A DNA stretch of 64,000 bases from Eledone cirrhosa. Its lineage: Eukaryota. The notes beneath the pieces are model-generated. The model was not told the origin of the DNA and searched no databases. It worked only from the letters and a program-made list of their open reading frames with translations. Where the stretch lies: contig OZ024747.1 in the NCBI GenBank assembly GCA_964016885.1, positions 83,700,001 to 83,764,000 on the forward strand. Direction: 5' to 3'. Position 1 is the stretch's first letter. Every line of letters starts with the position of its first letter. The position numbers and the translations under genes were made by a program. Shown in pieces: positions 1 to 12,500 of the stretch.

Positions 1-689
1 AGATTTTTCAGATGAATATAAATATTTTAAAACAAACAATTTTGTACTATAGAACCAGGGCCTGTTTCAAGTAGCTTCATGTCAAAAGACTTACCGTTTT
101 TCTGGGAGTCGAAATGCTACTTTTTTACTAAAACAAGTCTCAAAAACCTATCATGCATTCTGGAGGCGGAAGGTTGCATTTTCTTTTTTCAAATTTTTGT
201 TTGTCATAATTAGGGTGCGTCCTCGAGGAGGAATTATCTTTGGCGCCCGGAAATACAGTAATATTTTTCCTACTTGGGTGATAGAATTAATCAGTTGGTT
301 AGTTTAACACCACCTTCTGACTCTTATGTGCCTTTAGTTATTCTACTCTGTTAGAAGGGTTCTGGCCAGATCCCAATTTGAGAATACCTTGAAGGCCCCT
401 GTTTTATTAAATTCTAGTATGAGATCGATGAGAAATGACTAGCCTTTGTACTCAGTTCTAGGCTGGTAAGATTGATGCAGTTGGTATTCAGCTTGAATTT
501 TTGCCCATCTAGAAAACACAGGAGACAAAGGGGGTTGTAGTTCTAAGTAGTTACCAACATCCAGCCAGCCAACCAACCAACCAACCAGCCAACAAGTATT
601 TTAAAGCTATGTTCCATGCTAAAGCAGAGGCTAGTTAGCCTTCCAGGCTCCACGACAAACTTCATATTGGAGTTGAAGGAGAAGCTGGG

Positions 690-969
690 TTTAAGAGGAA
701 TTCAAGCTAGTATGCAGGAAAGAAGACTGTTGGTTTGGACATGTGAGGTACCTGGACAATGATCGTGCCAGTGGAAGGAAGTCACAGTAGAGGTAGATCA
801 AGAACGGCCTGGGTAGAGATTGTGAGAGCTGATTTCAAACCACTGAGACTCACAGAGGTGACAGCAAAAGATCGCAACATGTGGAGAGATGCTGTGCTGA
901 GAAGGACCCATCCAACCCATGCAAGTGTGGAAAAGTGGATGTAAAAACGATGACGATGATGATGATGAT
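690..969 (+). mobile_element. RTE-clade LINE 3' fragment with (GAT)n tail
   Basis: Degenerate ...VEGSHSRGRSRTAWVEIVRAD...DRNMWR (RTE C-terminus GRP-W motif), followed by a gatgatgat tail. Confidence 0.75.
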
Positions 970-2771
970 TCCTTCAAAGAAAAATTTCACAAATTTCTAG
1001 TTCTTTTCCTCCTCTTCCTCCTTCTTGCAAACTCTCCTCCTCTCCGCTATTACTACACATCTATCAAATAGTTTTGGATAGATGCCTTGGTAGTATGTGT
1101 ATCTAGGAATGTCATCTGATCAGATCAGGTTACCATGTGGGGATGTTGTTGTTTGGGTCTGTCAGCTTGTAATTTTTTTTTTGTTTGTTTATTATATTTT
1201 TTTTTACTTAAGCTTTGAGGACACCATTTTAAAACCCATTTACATGCTGTTTCTTGTTGTTTAACCCTCGGCCAGCTGTGATAGTCTTGTCTTTTAATTT
1301 TTGTATGTGTGTTGAGGTATATGTTCTGAGTTCAAATCCCATCGAGGTCAGCTTTGCTTTTCATCCTTCACAGGTTGCTAAAATAAAGCACCAGTAATGC
1401 ACTGGGGTCGATTTAATCAACTTTCCTCTTCCCAAATTGCTGGCCTTGTGCCTATTGTAGAAATCATTATATAAATTAAAATCTTTATTACAATCTTATC
1501 GCATGAATGATAACATGAGCTTTCATTTTGTTAACACCAGCATAATATATACCAATGTATAAAGTGACAGGTGTTCTACCAAAACACTTCAAAAAGACTG
1601 TTATTGAAAATTAATTGACTCATTAGGAATATAGTCCATTTATTTTATAAAAATTCCTGTAACACTAACAAGAACCATTTCTAATTTCAACTCTTATTTC
1701 CTTCAGAGTTCATTAAAAACTTTGTTTAGGTAAGTGGCAGAGATTTTGGTAGGAACAGAGGGGTTATTTTTCTGTATATGAATCATTGTTAGTATGGCAG
1801 AGAAACTATTAAGAGATGAGCTGATTAGATCAGAGTAAACTTAACTGTTATATACTTTAACAATGACAACAAAAAAATAATCCAATAATACAGGTGCAAA
1901 TGTGGCTTTGTGGTTAAGAAGTTTGTTTTGAAAACATGGTTTGAGGTTCACTCCCACTGCATGACATCTTGGGTTACTGTCTTGTACTATAGATTTAGTT
2001 TGACCAATGTCTTGTGAGTGACATTTAGTAGATGGTAACTGCAAAGGTCCATTATATATGTGTGTGTGTGTGTGTGTGTGTATGTCTCATAACTTAGCAG
2101 TTCAACAAAATGAAATCAATAAGATAAGTACCAGACTTGAAAATCTAAGTACTGGGCTTGATATAATTGGCTAAATCCCTTCACAGCAGTGCTCCAGCAT
2201 GGCTGCAGTCTGATGACTAAAACCAGTACAAGAATAAAAGAGTAATTTAAAAAACCCGAAAAACATGATATGGTTATCAATCATTAAAAAGATGTCCTTT
2301 GTATTGGCTATATATATGTCTATTACTCTATGTAAAAAGATCATAGCAAACTGAGTTAAATTGCATGCAATGCTTATTTTTGTCTGAAAACATTCCAACC
2401 ATAAGCACCTTGGTTATTATTAGAGATTCCAGACCAATGCTATAACATCATCATCAACACAATTATCATCATCATCATCATTAATACCACCACCAACATA
2501 ATAATAATAATACAACATAACTACATAATTCTGTTGATTAAAACAAGGAGATATAGAGGTCTGTAAAGATTGCAAAAATGCAGTGAAGCCAGTTACATTT
2601 GCAATTAATCAAAAATAGTTCTTGTTTCAGACAATTGCATCTATATATGCATGGCAATGAGCCAGCATTGTGTACTCTTATTAATTCTTTTTATGCATCA
2701 GTTGTGTAATCATGTTAAAGCACTTATTGCATTTCATCATCATTGACATTTACATCATTTCATCTCTACTT

Positions 2772-3001
2772 TCCCTGCTTGCCTGGACTGGACAGGTCAT
2801 TACAGTCCAGTCCATGCTTGCCTGGGCTGGACAGGTTATTACAGTCCAGTCCCTGCTTGCCTGGGCTGGACAAGTCATCACAGACCAGTCCCTGCTTGCC
2901 TGGACTGGATGGGTCATTACAGTCCAATCCACACTTGCCTGGGCTGGACAGGTCATCACAGTCCAGTCCATGCTTGCCTGGGCTGGACAGGTCATCACTG
3001 T
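2772..3001. repeat. 39-bp minisatellite, about 6 copies
   Basis: Unit ccctgcttgcctgggctggacaggtcattacagtccagt; explains the 13-aa periodic ORFs. Confidence 0.9.
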
Positions 3002-3511
3002 CTTAGTTAGTACTCATTTGGAGTTACTCTCCTCGTAGGGTCAGGGACCACTCAACTCTCATAGGTTCATCTGGCATCCTGGCTCCTCAAACCACTTCCC
3101 TAATTACTGTGATGGTCATTTGCAAGAACAAGCCCCACAGAGCTATCCTCTGGGGTAACGGATTTGCAATTCTTTCTGCTGGGATCATAAGACAACATTT
3201 ACCTGATGTTTTGTAAAGGACACGAGCTGATAATGCTATCAATAATTAGCTAGATGGCAAAACTGCAATTACACTCGCACACACATACTTGCTTACTTGT
3301 GACATTGGCGTGTTCTACTTTACTTCCCCAATTCTAACTACTGTTCATATGGAAAATCAAATGTAAGCCAATAATGGGGTAGTTGCAGTGGTGATGGTAT
3401 TGGTTGTATTGAATGAGGGCATATTTGCTTTATTTCACATGAAACTGGTTTGATCTGAGATGATTAAAATGTAATAGAAAATGTACTAAGTCAATATCTA
3501 TTTCATTTCAG

Positions 3512-3587
3512 ACTGGAGATATTTTACGACACAAAATACAACATCGTCCTGACCGAGAATCTCTTGTAAATCAAAACATTTTAGCAG
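3512..3587 (+). CDS. MRTF: MRTF exon encoding RPEL2 (TGDILRHKIQHRPDRESLVNQNILA)
   Basis: Acceptor tttcatttcag, donor cag|gtaggt; 76 nt; RPxxxxLVxxNIL pattern. Too short for the ORF track. Confidence 0.9.
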
Positions 3588-6500
3588 GTAGGTTCATTTT
3601 AATTTTAAAATGAAATAGAATTGGTGTCTAATTTCTACCAGGCTGACTAAAAAAAAAAAAATTAATTGCTGTATCTTTCAAAAATATTTTATATGATAGG
3701 ATTTGAGTTTAGTCAGTAATTTGTTGTTTTTGGTTAGTTGAGACGAGTCACATGTCACACTTCTAATGCCTTCTTCATATTCTAGAACAATGATTCTCAA
3801 ACTTTTTACCCTTTTTGGAACCCCTGAAATAATTTTCATGTCTCAGGGACCTCTGAATAAAAATTATTATATACCATTATTAATATCTATCTAAGGGCAG
3901 TGGATTGGCAGTATCGGTAGAGCGTCAGACAACTTGCTTTGCAGCATAGAGTTATGGCCCTTTGCGTTCTGAGTTTAAATCCCACTGAGGTTAACTTTGC
4001 CTTTCATCCTTACTGGGTCGATAAAATAAAGTACCAGTAATGTACTGGGGTCGATTTAATCGACTTTCCCCTCCCTTTCAAATTGCTGGCCTTGTGCCTA
4101 TATAAGGAACCATTATTATAGTGGTGGATTAGCAGACTTGGACAAAATACTTTGTGATATTTAGTTATGACCCTTTTGTCCTTAAATTCTGAGTTCATAC
4201 CCTGCCTAAGTTAACTTTGCCTTTCATATCTTCCTGGGTTCAATAAAATAAAGTACTAGTCAAATATTGGGGTCGATATAATTAATTGACCCCCCCCCCC
4301 ACACACACACACATACAAATTGCTGACCTTGTGCCTAAATCAGAAACCATAATTTTAAATATTTATTGTTATTATTATTATTATTATTCAGATACAAATG
4401 TAGATCCATCTCTTCACGATCGTCAACGCCAACTGAAAAAAGCCAAACTAGCTGATGGACTCAACGACAAATTATCTCATCGTCCTGGCCCATTGGAACT
4501 TGTACAGGGCAACATTCTGCAAGCAAATGAAGAATTAGCAGAAGCTATCAAAGGTTAGTATCAGCAAGTTCACAGCCTCCATCTCCATCTCCTAACACAC
4601 AGGTCACACACATACATATGTCTGTGTGCATGTGTGTCAATAAACATGTTTCATTTTCCTGCATTAACTTGTAACATCCTGTACCGCATGAAGCCACATT
4701 AACAGGACATTCTTGTAAAGTACAAAACAGCACTATGGCTGCACACATTAAAATTACAGTATTTACTCTAATACTGCAAATGTTCACGATGATCTTTCCA
4801 TTAGTGAAGATACTACAAACATTTGAATTCACGACCTATTTTTAGATATTTTCTACTAAATGATTACAGGATGTTAAGAGTTAACTGTTGAAAAAATAAA
4901 ATTCTCCCTCCCAAAATTCTCTGCTTCTAAGACTTTAGAACTGTAGAAGTATTTCTAAACACTGTCACTATAATGTGTGATAGTTTTACATTAACCATGT
5001 TCTCCCCATCATCCCAACCACCACTATATTGGGTGTTTTTTTAAACCTCACTAATACCAATAGATTTGTTTGGTTGAAATGTTTGTTAACTTCACATGTT
5101 TTCTACTATCAACATATTTCCTTCCAAAATGTTTTGCTGTTTTTGTTCTGCCTCCACAACTTTGTGACTGCCTATTGCCCTGTTTATGGTTTTAACCAAA
5201 GTATGATTTTGATTGAAGAATGGTGCAGCACATAGGAGTTAGCAAAATAACAAAGCATAGCAAGATTTTTTATTTTGCTTGTTTGCATGTATCTCAAAAC
5301 AGCCTTAATTAATTAATATTGTAGAAAGCTTTTACTGTAGACTGCAGATACTGTAATCTATAGGTAGATATAGAGTAGATACACTATGTGTAGCTATGGC
5401 ATAGACACTCTATAGATGGTTGTCGATCAAAAATATATCTGCGATTTTATGAAACCCATAGCAGTGGAAACATCTAGCATCCTATGTCCTTCAACCACCT
5501 CACTACTTTTAGAACAGATGTGGTAATCTGCAAGACTGGATCTCTCAGCACGTCTCCCTCATGCTCCTCTAGGGTAAAGCATTCACATTTATCTGCTGGG
5601 ATCATGAGGCAAAAGCCACCAGATGTTTTACAAAGGTAATGAAATGGTAGTGTTATTTATTTATTGGTTTAAGAAGGGTATCCTGCCATAGAAACTATAC
5701 CAAACAAAGAGTTGAGGGGACCCTTCAGTTGTGTCTAGGACTTGACAACCTCTTTAGTGCTAGTGCCACAATAAAGTGCACCCACTACCCTCTGTAGGAA
5801 AGACATCCTACCATAGATACCATGACAACCTCCTTAGTACTAGCTCCAGTTTATTCTGTAAAGAGCTTCGTAATAGGAAGGGCATCCAATGGTAGAAACC
5901 ATGCCAAAACCAAAACACATATAAGCGAGACGTGATTTCTGGCCCATCTGGAAGCACAGTAGCTCCAATTAAGTACTAATTTAGTCTTTGACAACTCGTC
6001 CAACTCATGCCAGCACGTAAAACAGACATAGAATTATTATTACTAGCAGAAAAACCACCCTTGGGGTGGTTTGCAGCTAGCATGTCTAGTGTGTATATTG
6101 ATATTATATGCAAGTATATATACATGTAGATATGAAACATCAAATAAAATCGTAATTGACAATATACACAGAAATTGAACGAAGTCTGTTACACTGTCTT
6201 ATGTAATCAGTAACGTAATCCATGATACATTAAAAAAAAGACGATATTATATATAAACTGCATTAGGAGAAAAAAATTAATGTGTATTTAAGCGATCGCC
6301 ACTGGAAGTGTTGACATTTGAAAATTTTAAAGAAGTGAATCTTTAAATAAATAATAAAATATATTTAATGAACAGCCACAAAATTTAGTAGATAAATTAT
6401 GTAATATTCATTATTTATTCAAAGTAATCCAACTTATTTTATTAATGGGATAAAAAATTATAAACCGTACGCAGTCCCACGCTTCTTACTTTATTATAGT

Positions 6501-9500
6501 TTAGATTATTATGAAGGCTTCTAGCGGGGTGGATTGGTAGTATCGGCAGAGCGTCAGACACCGTGCTTTGCAGCATAGAGTTACGGCCCTTTATGATCTG
6601 AGTTCAAATCCCGCCGAATTTAACTTTGCCTTTCATCCTTACGGGGTCGATAAATAAAGTACCAGTTACGCACTGGAGTCGATTTAATTGACTTTCCCCT
6701 CCCCCAAAATTGTTGGCCTTGTGCCTATATAAGAAACCATTATTATGAAGGCTTCTCAAACATTTTTGTAGGATTATTTTTAATGACATCTTCTCTATGT
6801 TGATATGCAGTAGTACTATTTGATTTCATGAATATGCAGTAGTAATAATACTAATAATAATAGTAGTAATAATAATAATGATAGCCATCTGTAAATGTTC
6901 GAAATCAGACACCTCACACGTGTTTGTTTGTTGTTTTCTTCAGAAGCTAGTTGGCAGAAAATAGATAGGGCAAATCTTTAGGGGTGTTGCCTGCAACTTA
7001 ATCATCAGTGTATAGTGGAGTTTTATTTTATTTTTGAACAATGACAGTTTCTTTCATATACTCCCTGCTAAGTGTGAGTTAATTGTTTTCTTGTGGTATT
7101 TTAGGCAGTGATGATGTAATTGAAGACTAGATGTTTTACAACATCCAAACTTTAATACCTTATTGTTTCACATATATATCTTGACAGATAATTAACCCCT
7201 TCGTTACTATATTTCTAATGAAATCCACTGCCTATTATTTTTCAAATACTAATGGAAACCTATTCCATTCCCTGTATTTGCTAACTACACAACTGTATGG
7301 TTAGGTAGTGACTAACTATAACTGTACAGTTATGTGGTAAGGCTAGAATTACAGTTAGTAAACTCATACGTGGGAGCAATCTACAATTTTAGTAGCTTAG
7401 TTGTACTATTTTTATGTATGGTGTGAGGTCTTACCACACATTCTGCTGTATAATGGACTTTTAGCTGCTCTATCTGTTTTATAGAATACTAGCAGTGGTT
7501 CCCGGCGTTGCACGGGATAAGGTATTTTGGAACGTGGGCCGCCAATAGACCTAATTGTGGAAAAACTGCATGCCTGGACAATATTTAAAGAAAATAAACC
7601 GAATACTCTGATGGCTGGATAATCTTTAAGATTTTCCTCGATGAAGCAGGAAAAATGCAGGTTTTCACCTAATGCGGGCCCTGGGGGATCAAGCAAATGA
7701 ATTTTTTTTATGTGCATAATATGCCTTGAAATTTCGGGAAAATCGGCTAGACGTAACGCCTCCAAAAAGCCCTAAGAAGCTGAAAAAATGAAGTTTTTCA
7801 CCTAATGCGGGCCCTAGGCTATAAGAAAGTTGGATTTTCTTTACTTACGGTATGAAGAAGAGACTGACTAATACCTAGTTACAATTTCAAGGAAATCGGT
7901 CTGACATAACGCCTCAAAAAAACCCTAAAATTCTTTAAAAACGCAGCTTTTCACCTAATGCGGGGCCCCAGGTTGGGTACTTCTCAAGTTTTAGGCATTC
8001 AAACTCACAGACACACAGACACACACACACACACAGACATCCTCAGGGAAATGACGTAATGCAGACAGTCAGACATACAGACAGATATTATAAGGGCGCG
8101 ACGTGATATGTATATATCTATCTAAAAAGAGAAAGACTAAGAATTATAGAGCGAGATCGCTAAATCGCCTAATGCGATCCCTAGGGCATTGAAAATTTGA
8201 AATTTCTTTTGCTCAGAACACTCCCTGAAATATAAGTATTACATGTGTAAAGTTTGAAAACAGTTGGTTGGGTGGTTCTCGAGTTTTAGGGATTCAAACT
8301 CACACACACACACCTCAGTTTTATATATATAGATGATAGGCTGGTTAGACTTGATCAAAGCGTGACAGGTTGGTTGGTGTTGATCTGACTATGATAGATG
8401 CAACAACTCAGCTTCCATTAGATGTGGTTGACAACATAATAACACACTATTTGGGCCTAATAAGGTAACATTGAAGGTGTGTAGCCTAGTTGTTAAGAGA
8501 ATGAACTTCAATTCCCAGACTGGGTGGCATGTTGTGTTCTTGAGTAAAACACTTCACTTCTCATTGCTTCAGTTGACTCAGATAAAAATGAATACCATCA
8601 ACAGTTGGGGGTTAAACCTGTAATGGACTAATGTCTCGTCCAAGGGAGAGTCTTGTATTCTCAGTCACTTAAGATCAATGAAACCAGGATAATCCCTGGC
8701 TTGATGTGACAGATATTTCAAGCTTGTGACAGATAATTTTAAATAATTTAACTGGCAGTCTGTGTTGAGTGTTTCCTAAGATTTGATGAGTTGGGATTTA
8801 TCTCAACATCAGTATTTCAATATCAAAGTATTCTATTTGGAGTTTATAACAGTTTAACTACCGAATATTTTAGATTAAATTTATGGGTTCAACTATTACA
8901 TGGGTATTACTTTCAAAGGACTGAAAGTCACTTTACAATCTAAAATACTGTATAAATAAGCAGAAGCCGAAATGGACTCAAAATGAATAAAAACAAAAAC
9001 ATTGAATTACAATATTTCTATACATTAAAATACATTTACTGTTAGGAAAACACTCAAGGCTGTGTAGCTCTCATGAGTATTTCTATTTATGTACATCAAA
9101 ACATAATATATATCCATAAAAAGTGAATTTCCTTATTGTAACATTTATGTTCAGGATAATACCTTGATTCCCAAATGTTGATCTGTTGTTCATGTAAGAC
9201 AAGAGTGGATGTTTAAATGAGATACATAAAGAAATTCAAACTTTTGGCAAAAAATAAAGGAAAGTTGACCTTTAGAAGGGATCAACTTTTACACTGAGTA
9301 TTTACAGTAAATGTGTATTAGAATTAATTCTGATGTTAATCTAATAATTCACCAATAAAAGTGGCAAAGTTTAGTAGATTATAACTTTTATTCTTTTGGT
9401 CAGGAGAGTATTCTTGTAGTCTGTCTCACTGAATGTAAACAAACTGGTCACGAAAGGGCTAAAATATGAAGTGATTTGATGTTATAATATGGTTGAATGT

Positions 9501-12500
9501 TATAATCATCAAGATATTTGTCTAACTCCTTGATGACAACATGTTGAACGTACAACAGTTAAACTGTGAGGAAAGTACATAACTTGATTGGTTGAGCAGC
9601 CTCTTTCTGTGTTTAGCTGTTGCCCTCTCCGGGGAGTAACACCATCATATAATTCTGCATTGAAATTGACAGAAATGGTTGCTGGAGTGAAATTTACGGC
9701 AGGGGCTTGAATCCTGGTACAATTTCTTGACTCTGTCATGTTTTCTAATGGCTGGGTAAAATACTGCAAAAATGAGTGGCCACTTCTGTTATTGTCCTGT
9801 ACTTCTCTGTTAACTAGAATGGATACAAGAAGCTGTTATCTACACAAAATCAAAATAACGGTTTGTCAATACTTTCCAATGTGACTTCAACTACCCACAA
9901 AAAATAGAGGTTTTTTTCACTAGCTTAGTCAAGCATCTCCCCTTTCTACAACTATCTGCCTTTGGTGACCCTGCCAAGAGGTGAACTCTTACCAACATAG
10001 CTCTCCGGATCTCTGAAGCATGCAAGCTATTCCACCAGTGACAAAAAAGAAAGAAGTTTAAAATCTGTAAATATTTAAAAAGTTATAACAACTTTTAATA
10101 AAACATTATAATAAAAAGATGAAAAGTTATAAAAGTTATAATAAAAACATACACTCACACAGTCACACACACAACACATATATATTTACATACTATAGGA
10201 TCGCCATTAACTCCCCTGCTCTTTGTTGGTTTTTGTTTTTCATCCCATAGGGTGCCCCAAAATCACCCTCCTCACCAAGCAATCTTGGGGAAGTTGCTGG
10301 TTTAGTCACTGACAACCTGACCATGTAACATATTGTACTGGGTTACATTCTACCAGTAGCGCTCATGAGTGACCTGACAAATGAATCCATTCTCAATTTG
10401 ACAAGATGTCAAAAAATAGATTATAGATACTATTTGTGTATCTATGCTCACCTGAACCCAACCTGCCCAAAACTATCTCTGCTTTCTATGAAACAAAACC
10501 AGCCATTTTAAAAGGTTCCTTTTTATATTAAAATCTTCTAACATAATTTAACCTTTTAGTATTTACATTACTCTATACATTCTATTGCATTTTTGTGGTA
10601 AAGGTTTTATCTCACATAATATCAAATCTATGAGATTTTGATGTTATTTATTTTGATAACAATACCTTATCATCAGTATGAGTGGCTGGTTATGGGCGGT
10701 TTGAACAGAAAGAGCTGAGAGAATTCTGGCCGGATATGGCCGGTTTAAATGCTAAAGGGTTAAAAACCTTTTGTTAAGTTATGAAAATATTCATAATTTT
10801 GATAAATTCCTCCAAATTTCTCATAAATGAATTAACATTTTGTTACTGTATTTCTAATGAGACACTGTTTATGATTTTCAAACCAAACAATTATGAAAAT
10901 AATCAATAATTTGGAGGGATTTAGTAATATAACATTCTCGTTATTGATCTGGAGTTTAGAACATAACAAATGTTTTACATAAAACCATGAGCAGTTTAAT
11001 GAGGTTAAGATACAGTATTTCATTAGAAATATGGTAATGAAAGGGTTAAATGATGCACTAGAATAGTATGACTACATAAATCTACATATGCCTGGGTGGA
11101 AACCAAACTTCCAGGAAAATTTAATTTATTTTCTTTTCCCTTGAAATATACTATAGCTGTGCTTTTTTTTTCTATTTATTAAAAAAAAATGTACTCTCCC
11201 TTCCACATGAGCTTTTTTTGTCTATTCTTATTTCTAAATGGTGAATTGACAAGGTCATTAGAGCATCAGTGTTTGTTTCAGTTCTCTGTACTTGATGTTC
11301 AAATCCTGCCTTGGTCAGCTTTGCTTTTTGTCCTTTCGGCAGTCCAGGGGTGCTGGATTGGTGGAAATATTGAAGAGTCAGAAGGTATACTTTGTGATAT
11401 CTGATCCTGCTCTTTATATTCTGAGTTCAACTCTCAATCCTACTCTGTATACTCTGAGTACAACTCCCAATCCTGCTCTCTATATTCTGAGTACAACTCC
11501 CAATCCTGCTCTCTATATTCTGAGTTCAACTCCCAATCCTGCTCTCTATATTCTGAGTACAACTCCCAATCCTGCTCTCTATATTCTGAGTTCAACTCTT
11601 AATCCTGCTCTCTATATTCTGAGTTCAACTCCCAATCCTGCTCTCTATATTCTGAGTTCAACTCTCAATCCTGCTCTCTATATTCTGAGTTCAACTCTCA
11701 ATCCTGCTCTCTATATTCTGAGTTCAACTCTCAATCCTGCTCTCTATATTCTGAGTTCAACTCTCAATCCTGCTCTCTATATTCTGAGTTCAACTCTCAA
11801 TCCTGCTCTCTATATTCTGAGTACAACTCTCAATCCTGCTCTCTATATTCTGAGTACAACTCTCAATCCTGCTCTCTATATTCTGAGTTCAACTCTCAAT
11901 CCTGCTCTCTATATTCTGAGTTCAACTCTCAATCCTGCTCTCTATATTCTGAGTACAACTCCCAATCCTGCTCTCTATATTCTGAGTTCAACTCTTAATC
12001 CTGCTCTCTATATTCTGAGTTCAACTCTCAATCCTGCTCTCTATATTCTGAGTTCAACTCTCAATCCTGCTCTCTATATTCTGAGTTCAACTCTCAATCC
12101 TGCTCTCTATATTCTGAGTACAACTCCCAATCCTGCTCTCTATATTCTGATTTCAACTCTCAATCCTGCTCTCTATATTCTGAGTTCAACTCTCAATCCT
12201 GCTCTCTATATTCTGAGTTCAACTCTCAATCCTGCTCTCTATATTCTGATTTCAACTCTCAATCCTGCTCTCTATATTCTGAGTTCAACTCCCAATCCTG
12301 CTCTCTATATTCTGAGTTCAACTCTCAATCCTGCTCTCTATATTCTGAGTTCAACTCTCAATCCTGCTCTCTATATTCTGAGTTCAACTCTCAATCCTGC
12401 TCTCTATATTCTGATTTCAACTCTCAATCCTGCTCTCTATATTCTGAGTTCAACTCTCAATCCTGCTCTCTATATTCTGAGTTCAACTCCCAATCCTACT

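Noticed and set aside
2712-3038. CRISPR-like or repeat-protein appearance of the 39-bp array
   Set aside because: Units are contiguous with no unique spacers, there are no cas genes, and the context is a eukaryotic intron.
4098-4108. CArG box (SRF site) suggesting MRTF autoregulation
   Set aside because: cctatataagg has seven W bases rather than CC(A/T)6GG and lies in a SINE tail.
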